A DNA stretch of 56,388 nt, counting the filler, from Circinaria calcarea (taxonomy: Eukaryota), in the NCBI GenBank assembly GCA_051942165.1. It is 4 parts of 4 records of this genome, joined end to end, with 100 filler letters (N's around TTAATTAATTAA, not from the genome) between each part and the next. Parts side by side here need not be neighbours in the genome. Positions count along the whole stretch, not along the records: positions 42,400 to 56,388 come from JAVECS010000463.1; 3 more parts are not named here. One strand, 5' to 3'. Shown one piece after another: positions 49,089-56,388 of this stretch (within the stretch, counting starts at the first letter, position 1; each line of letters opens with the position of its first letter). Below the pieces are notes generated by a model. It was not told where the DNA came from and did not search any database. It saw only the letters and a list, made by a program, of their open reading frames with translations. Both the position numbers and the translations under genes were made by a program.

Positions 49089-50720
49089 TCAATCACGTTT
49101 CTCGTCGTCATTGCTCGGCTCGAAGTTAAGCTATGCACGGTCCGGTTGGCGATAATCTAGTGCCACAGAAGGAGGAAGCTTACCTGGTTCCCATTGTAAA
49201 ACTGCTGCTCATCCCGATTTAGAGGCTGATCCCTTAGTGTCCGAACATTGATGCCTGGCCGTGCGCCTCGTGGATTGGCGGGCTCAGTTCCTCCGACACC
49301 TTGTGGTTCAAGCCGGCCTTCTTGTGCTGCAGATCCCCGATCTTGATCTACGCCTAGAAACGTCCGAAGTACGCCACTTACCATGCCAACACCCTGAGAT
49401 ATGACATTGTATCCGGCGGAGAGGCTGCTCGACAGGAGGCCCGCTTCGCCAATATAGGCAGCTGTATAGCTTTGCACGGGGACCATGACCAACGTAGCAC
49501 TCGGGGTCAGTCCCAAAGATTGGAGGGATTCTTCTTCCTCGGATATTGTTATAGGACGATTTGGCATCGGCGCAAGGATCTGCCTGAAGCTGTATGGGCT
49601 GTCTCCGTCAGGCCGTTGCTCATCGATCCACCGCCGGACATGTATCCGTAGAGTCTGATTAGAAGGAAATCTTGACCGGATTGTACTACCGTCAAATAGA
49701 CGTATTTGCACTGCAGTTTCTCGTGATGTGCTTGGTCGTGGGGTATTTGCTTCTTTGGATATTTGCGCATCGACCAGCCCATCTGCTCCATCATTACCCT
49801 CTGTTGCAGCATTAATTTGAGCCTTGCGAAGCTCCTCCCTATATTTACGCTCCATCCTATCATTCTCGATGACTTTAAGAATTCTCTCTCGCTCCTGCCG
49901 TGTCTCTTGCTGTCGCCTCCTTTGTTGCTGAGCATAGGTCACCTGATTTGTTAATCGTGGAGACTCTGGCACCCCGTTTTCAGCTTCAGCCCGGCGAGCC
50001 TCTGCCTTGGCTATGCTCTCTGCCTTTTCCGCAGCATCCCTCTTTTTCTTATCAGCCTCAAGGCGTTTACGACGCTCCTCTAGCATATCGCGTACATCGG
50101 CATTGGCGGGTAAAAGGGTATCTTGGTTTGACCTTGGGGAATCAGGGTGAACTATGGGCGAAGTACTACTTGTATGTGCTTCAGAAGTACTGATTGTAGC
50201 AGGACGGGAGTTTTGTATGGCTTCCAGGAGAGCTTTCCTGAACTGATCCGCCGAGAGACCCGGCCGTAGATGGCCACGGAGCTCGCCATTACTGGAAACG
50301 AAAGGGTCAATTGCGGCTGTTAACGGGTTCCCATACAGTGGCATGGTCAATACATACTTGATCACCACTAGAGTTGGTGAGGTCGAAAGCGGGCAAAAAG
50401 CAGCCAGAAATTCAGCCTCCTGTGATCCTTCCTGGATGCGCAGCACGACCGCCTTCATGCGCAGTTGCTCGACAATCTGCCGAAACGTATAAGTAATGTA
50501 AGGTAATGCTCGAGATGGTATAGATGCCTCATCGTTCCGAAGGTACTCGTTCTCCCATATAGCGCTCTGTGGCCCAGTATCTAGACTCAGTATGTTGTCA
50601 GCTTGATTTCGCCAGAATTAATATGGTACGCGGAGGCAGACCTCTTACAAAACACACAATGCATTTCGACTCCTGAAGGGCGAGAGCTATGCCTCCTTGT
50701 AAATCACCGTCGAAAAACAT
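49089..50720 (-). CDS. UBX domain protein (UBXN4/Ubx7-like)
   Basis: MFFDGDLQGGIALALQE start, thioredoxin-like N-terminus, coiled coil, UBX domain QIRLFDGSTIRSRF..SLQSLGLTPSATLV, ending FYNGNQ/LNFEP. Confidence 0.9.
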
Positions 50721-50954
50721 GTCGCGCGTGTGAAGTAACAGAGCTACTGGCTCATGGAGTGGAACTGAGGTATTTTATCGAATTACCTTGGGGGTCCATA
50801 TCGAAAAGACCCGCAGGTGGACCGCGGCCGACCGGCGGTCGCTGTTTGTCATGTTTGCATCAAGGACCTTTTGCCCTACTTCGATTTTATCAGGAAACCC
50901 CCACAGGTTCGCTCCCACAGTATAAGCTACTGGGAGTAACTTGGTGAAGCTACT

Positions 50955-52098
50955 ATGAGTCTGAAGTGTATTCATGCTTGGTATTCAAGGGCCTATAGAA
51001 CCAGGAGACCATTGTCAGGAGCTCTCCATTCACCAGCAAAATGGAGATCGCGAAACCATCCATTCAGCGTTCCACTACGATATGCGCATACACCAGCAGA
51101 TGATCCCAATTTCTTGTCTATAGTGGACAACCCGCCTAATCTAGTGAAAGGTGGGAGAAGACATGGTCCGGGCCTTATCGTACTAGGTACTTTTGTGCTG
51201 CGTCTACGTGGTTTCGGCGACGACTGACAAGAGTTCGAAGCCCTGATTCCGATCACCGCATTCGCACTCGGCAGCTGGCAAGTCCTACGCCTAGGGTGGA
51301 AGACCGAACTGATAGCCAAATTCGAAGATAGACTCGTCCGTAGTCCGTTGCCTTTACCGCTCCAGATCGACCCAACAGCGATCAAGGACTTTGATTATCG
51401 GCGGGTATTTACAACCGGTCGGCTACGACATGACCAAGAAATGTTAATTGGGCCGCGAATGCGTGAGGGCAACAATGGGTATTTGGTGGTTACGCCCTTA
51501 GAGCGTGAAGGCGAAGGTACAACTGTGCTGGTAAACCGAGGCTGGATATCAAAGAAGCTTAGAAGACAAGCGGACAGGAGAGAGAGCCTACCGCTGGGTG
51601 AGGTAACGGTGCAAGGCCTTCTTAGGGAGCCATGGAAGAAAAACCTCTTCACTCCAGACAACAAGCCAGAACTGGGCGAATTTTATTTTCCAGACGTTGA
51701 ACAGATGGCTAAGGCAACAGGGAGTCAGCCAGTATGGATTGAAGAGACGATGGGTATTAAAGAGCACCTCAAGGAATCCTACCTCGCTGACGAATGACTT
51801 AGAGCCCGATCTCCTGAAGGCCTACGATCGGGAGGCAAAGGGCGTTCCCATTGGTCGACCAGCTGAGGTCAATCTAAGAAACAATCACACACAATATATC
51901 TTTACATGGTGAGCGATTCTGGCCATTTGAAGTCTACCAAACACTTCATTCCAGCACTCACGGTGGAGCATTTCAAACCACTAATAGTATGCGAATAGGT
52001 ATGCCTTGTCCTTCGCAACAACAATCATGCTGTGGATGGTCGTCCGAAAGTCGCCTTCAGAGATCGCCAGAAGAGTACGACAGAGCAAAGAATGGTAG
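50955..52098 (+). CDS. SHY1: SURF1 family cytochrome c oxidase assembly factor
   Basis: Four exons. IPITAFALGSWQV, VLVNRGWI, LRNNHTQYIFTW/YALS. Confidence 0.94.
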
Positions 52099-52117
52099 AT
52101 TGGTCATGTAGCACCAA

Positions 52118-53943
52118 TCAACCTAGGTCACTCCCTTGGTCTGGTTCAGATACCGCCTCTGTGCCCTGTTTATTTCGCTGTTGAGACTGCACAGGCGGTG
52201 CCTCTACCATACGTATGCCTTGAATTAACTCTCTAGGGAGATGTTTTTGGGCCAGGGAGAATGGAGTTGTGTTATCAGTCAGCTGCCGTTGCCTTATTTC
52301 TGGGTCAGTATTTTCCAGTGCAAGTTTTAGAGCATAGCGTGGGGGTGCACCTTTTCATTAGGGTGACAGCATCTGTTTCATCAATGGTTTTCCTACTCCC
52401 GTGTTCCGCATAGACACTCAAGTCATCTCCGATCTGTTCAAAAAACCAATCACTTGCTTGGATGACTGCAGCAATTGTATCGTTGCTGAGCTTAACTTTA
52501 CTGTTTGCAGAAGACCGGGTTAAAGGGTCTACGATCTTCTTGAGAAACCCGGAAGAAAGCGAGGGGTATTGTATTCCGTGCCTTGAGACCTTGTGCATTT
52601 TGGGTGGCTGAGTGCGTACCCCTTTCGTCCTGTTTAGGGCATGCGCCTTTAACGGTTGATCTTTTTGGACACGAGGTGATTTACTGGCGTTGGTAGTAGG
52701 ATCTGGATCGTTGCCGATGCTAGCCTGTTGATCTATTGGTACCTCGAATGCAAATGTTGTATCATCCTGGTTCTGCAAAGCCCCTAGAGCTCGTACATCA
52801 CTTGGACGGTTTAACAAGCGATCATGGCCTCGAGGTAGCAATTGCCGTAGATCTTCCGTATTGCCTCTACAGAATCGCAATGACTTAGCACAGTTTATCT
52901 ATCCCCAAAAATTTTACTTACGCAAAGTCCATCCCGTCACGGTGTTCTGGCTCGAATTCTCCTTCTTGGCCTTGTACATGCATATCATTATGTGAATTGT
53001 ATGATAAATCCTCCAAACCGGTCCCATACAAATCGGCAAAGCGATCGCTGATGCGAACGCTTCCGAAACTCCCTCTCGAGAGTCTACCAAAAGGTTGCTC
53101 GCTATAGGCCCTTCTTGGAATCTCTACCGAGCGTTGTGTCTGCAATCCTTCATCCAAAGGGACGGAGAGTCGAGGTGGTGGAGATAGCAACGAATCCTCA
53201 TCATCGTCAATTGCGATTGACATTTTTGGCATAGGCAATTCAGGCTGGTGTTCAAGTTCATCATGGCCGAGGGCTCCAAGGGCACTGCTTGGGCCGTGCA
53301 AAGTTTGTGAGGTAACGTCAACTCTTCGACTGTCACCCGCCAAGACTATATATCATCAGACCTCCGGGGTTTAGTTTTTAGGGAAAACCTCGTAAGGGAG
53401 GGTTTCTCACTTCTACTAAGGTTCCTCAATGCATTCCTAGGCGTTTCGCGCTGTAGACGCCCACTCCGCCGTCTGTCGCGACCAGGCGTGATAGCAGCCG
53501 TGCGCCGCTGTTGTAATGCTCGGATCGCATGTGGGGTCGTTGGCGGGCCTTCCTTGTTGGGAACCACGCGGAAAGCTCGTCGCAAAGCCGGGTTTCGTGA
53601 CTGGCCAACCGATGACTTATCTGCATCTTCGCGCGTCGATGTAGCTTCGACGCCTGAAGCATGTCCAAGAGCAGTCAAAGGCCTCTGAATCGAGCCCGCA
53701 AGCTGCTTCAGCTACAGCTAGATCTGATCAGAAAATAGATAGCCCATATCAAACCTGAGGAAAGGCACAGACCTTGGTATATGGTGGTTCCTGGTTATTT
53801 GTCGCAAGAGTTGCCGGATAAACTGAAGGTTCAGGTCTATCCTGCCATCGTCCTGTCGAAGCTACCAGCTCGTCTTCTGTGTCTTTAGTATGGACAGTAG
53901 CCTTGCGGGGTAACCTCGACGCTGTATGTGTAGCAGTGGACAT
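52118..53943 (-). CDS. CENP-T family inner kinetochore protein
   Basis: PTTPHAIRALQQRR..RRRSG..RETPRNALRNLSR and a C-terminal histone fold QASDWFFEQIGDDLSVYAEHGSRKTIDETDAVTLMKR/QRQL..FSLAQKHLPREL. The start exon is less certain. Confidence 0.85.
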
Positions 53944-54221
53944 TATCCCTTGGGAGGGGTTGCCTTTAGAAACAGGATAGTGGGTGAGCGGCTGTTACGT
54001 CGGCGCCTTGGTACGCTAACGACGGATAGCTTAGCCTCTAGCCACGGAATGTAAACACGCCCTAACACTATTATACTACTTATTTAATCTATCAACTCAG
54101 CCGATCTTGAATCTCTCTAGTTGTGGGTTTAGGGGTGACAAAAACCTGCTGATACGGATCTCAACAAGCCCGCTTCTTGGCACTGAAGACACTCAAGCCC
54201 CAAACTACCAGGAGTACACCA

Positions 54222-55330
54222 ATGTATGCCACAAGATCTTCTGATGAGCCCGATAGAGAGGCTCGCCATGTATCCAAGACGTTTCCGCCATCCTCACAGC
54301 GAGCAAAACGTAAAAGGACTGCAGACGATTCCACAGCAATTATCAGGACCCCAAAGACAAAGAAAACTAGAAATCTAGGGCCGATATTTGACCAAGGTCT
54401 TGATTTAGAGAACGGTGTAAATACGGCCATTGGAACCCTAGATAGTCATCTGCTTGCAGATTATGTCGCGCAAAAGACCAAAAGGTTTGATGATAATTTG
54501 ACTATGGTTGAATTGGAAGAAAGACGTATTCCAGGTACTGCATTCGAAACCTTACGGATCTTACGAGGTTTGGACTTACATCGATCGTCTATTGACTTGG
54601 GTTCAGGCAAAGCATTTCGAAATACGATTGAATGGGCGGGGGAGAGGACTCTTCAAAGCCTACCGGCCTTTATCGAGCATTTCAGCTCTAAGGGGTTCCA
54701 GACAAAAGATCTGTCCGTAGCCTCTGAAAAGAAAGGAGCTCCGCACACCATTGTCGTAACTTCGGCTGGTCTACGAGCTGCAGATATAACTCGGTAGGTC
54801 TCCCATGATTCTAGCAACGAAAGATTGCATCCTCACTTGATGCCTGCAGAGCCCTACGCACATTTCAGACCAGTGAATCCGTAGTAGCAAAGCTTTTTGC
54901 CAAGCACATCAAACTAAGAGATGCTGTCAAGCACGTGACGAGCACTAGGTAGGCTGATTCTATATAGACTCGAGGAATGATACCTTTGGAGTCATGACTA
55001 TGGTACGAGGAGAAAACTGATGGCTGTGTGCAGAATAGGCATAGGCGTAGGAACACCTTCGAGGCTCATGGATCTCATGGAAGCGGGTACGTAGCAGCCT
55101 TCTCTTCTTTGTTCCCGGCAATATTGAGATCACCCTAACCGCGTGTAGGGGCCTTATCGTCTGAGAAGCTGGAACGGATCGTCGTGGATTGCTCACATGT
55201 CGATCAGAAAAAGAGAGGTATCCTTGACATGAAAGAGACTCACCAGCCACTAGTTCAGCTCCTCAATCGTCCCGAACTCAAGCATCGATATGGAAGCGAC
55301 GATGCCGGCCTGGATCTGCTCTTTTTCTAA
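54222..55330 (+). CDS. CMS1: CMS1-like 90S pre-ribosome protein
   Basis: GAPHTIVVTSAGLRAADITR, VAKLFAKHIKL, IGVGTPSRL, IVVDCSHVDQKKRGILDMKE. Confidence 0.9.
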
Positions 55331-55884
55331 TTTGATCTGCGCGGCGACTCTTTGTAAAGTTATGCGATGCAATCCCATCATCTCAACTTTACCCAAAAAA
55401 GTGATGATTATGGAAGCTGTGCAGGAAGGCGTCTTAGGTTCTTGTGCTGCAGAAAAAGTGTATGCTGCAAGGTATGACATAGAGACTGGGAATGGCCGAT
55501 TTCAAGTTTAGGGCATAACCCGCTTCCGGCAATTCACCGGCGAAATCTCGTCTGCCTACCTTAATCACGATAGGTGCTATGCACCTGCTTGATTCGATGG
55601 TGGTCATAGCAGAAGACCGTAAGTCGCGTTCCAAAATCTCAATCCCACTCCCGTCCAACAAGACTTTTGCTGCACAAATTCATGTTAAAAGTATCACGTA
55701 TAAGATCCTCTTTTGCTACATGCCATTGTCCTGAACGCCCAGATTCTGTTCACTGAACAGTCCTTGAGTTCCACGAGGCCCACAGTCTTTACAGATCCCC
55801 CGCAATCGACGTAGTTTGGGCCAAATGCCGTCAAAGGCTCCTCCTTCATTCTTCAAAGTACAAACGGCAACATTACTTCACAAA

Positions 55885-56388
55885 ATGAGGATTGCGGTAC
55901 TGTTCATATTCGCCTACTTCGCTATCTCCTCCCAAGGGAATCCCTCCGATGAGGGTGTCCAATCTCCAGGTGTGTTGCCTTTCCAGAACACAGCGGAGCT
56001 TCACACTAAGGCTTTCAGATTGTTTTCCTAAGTGCTGGAAGAATTCCAAGATCGTCACCGTCTGTACTGATGCGAAGGAGTGCTTATGCACGGATGACGG
56101 ATTCCAGAATGTACTCACGCTCTGATGTCGTTCTAACTGACACGCCACTGACTCGACCAAGGCCATCTTCCAGTGCCTTTACTCCCAATGCCAAACTGCT
56201 CAATTTGGTTCGGCGCTCCACTTTGCCCTAAATGAGTGCTCCGACTTCAGAGCCGAGAACTGGGTAACATTGCCCAGGTTGATTGGTCAACATGGTCTAC
56301 GGAAGCGCACTGGGTACCGCTCCGGCTACGCGTCTGTGTCAGCTACTGCTTTAGCGCCACAAACCAGCCAACGTCGCTACGCCAGCAT
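55885..56388 (+). CDS. Secreted CFEM-domain protein (3' end outside the window)
   Basis: Signal peptide MRIAVLFIFAYFAISSQG and two introns. Spliced 8-Cys pattern PDCFPKCW..VCTDAKECLCTDDGFQNAIFQCLYSQC..ALNECS. Confidence 0.8.

Noticed and set aside
1..56388. tRNA, rRNA or intact transposase genes
   Set aside because: None recognised by eye. tRNAscan-SE and Infernal were not run, so small ncRNAs could be missed.

Overview
Intron-containing genomic DNA of a filamentous ascomycete (Pezizomycotina-type genes, mostly ~50-nt GT-AG introns). The window is not one locus. It is four pieces (14051, 14042, 14006 and 13989 bp, in decreasing length) joined by identical artificial 100-bp N44-TTAATTAATTAA-N44 linkers, so linkage should only be read within a piece. 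Piece 1 (1-14051) has eIF3e, a 7-exon secreted protein made of three tandem 6-Cys modules with 18-nt micro-exons, IMG2 and a kinesin with a HhH tail. It also has a candidate fungal RiPP (dikaritin-type) locus: a DUF3328/UstYa oxidase divergent from a 75-aa signal-peptide, Kex2-site, Tyr-repeat precursor missed by the ORF track, followed by an ABCB transporter cut by the contig end. Piece 2 has MCH1, KCS1, PI31 and a YVC1-like channel. Piece 3 has a PPT-less secondary-metabolism-type FAS alpha subunit next to an MBOAT/TRI7-like acyltransferase, a Kex2/Ste13-type polypeptide precursor with cationic peptides and acidic repeats, a DUF3605 gene, CBR1 and a partial SND2. Piece 4 has housekeeping genes (SET methyltransferase, ketopantoate-reductase-like gene with an anomalous start, LRP1/C1D, MIX17, UBX, SHY1, CENP-T, CMS1) and a partial CFEM gene. 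Gene models were spliced by eye and family calls come from motif recognition, not database searches.
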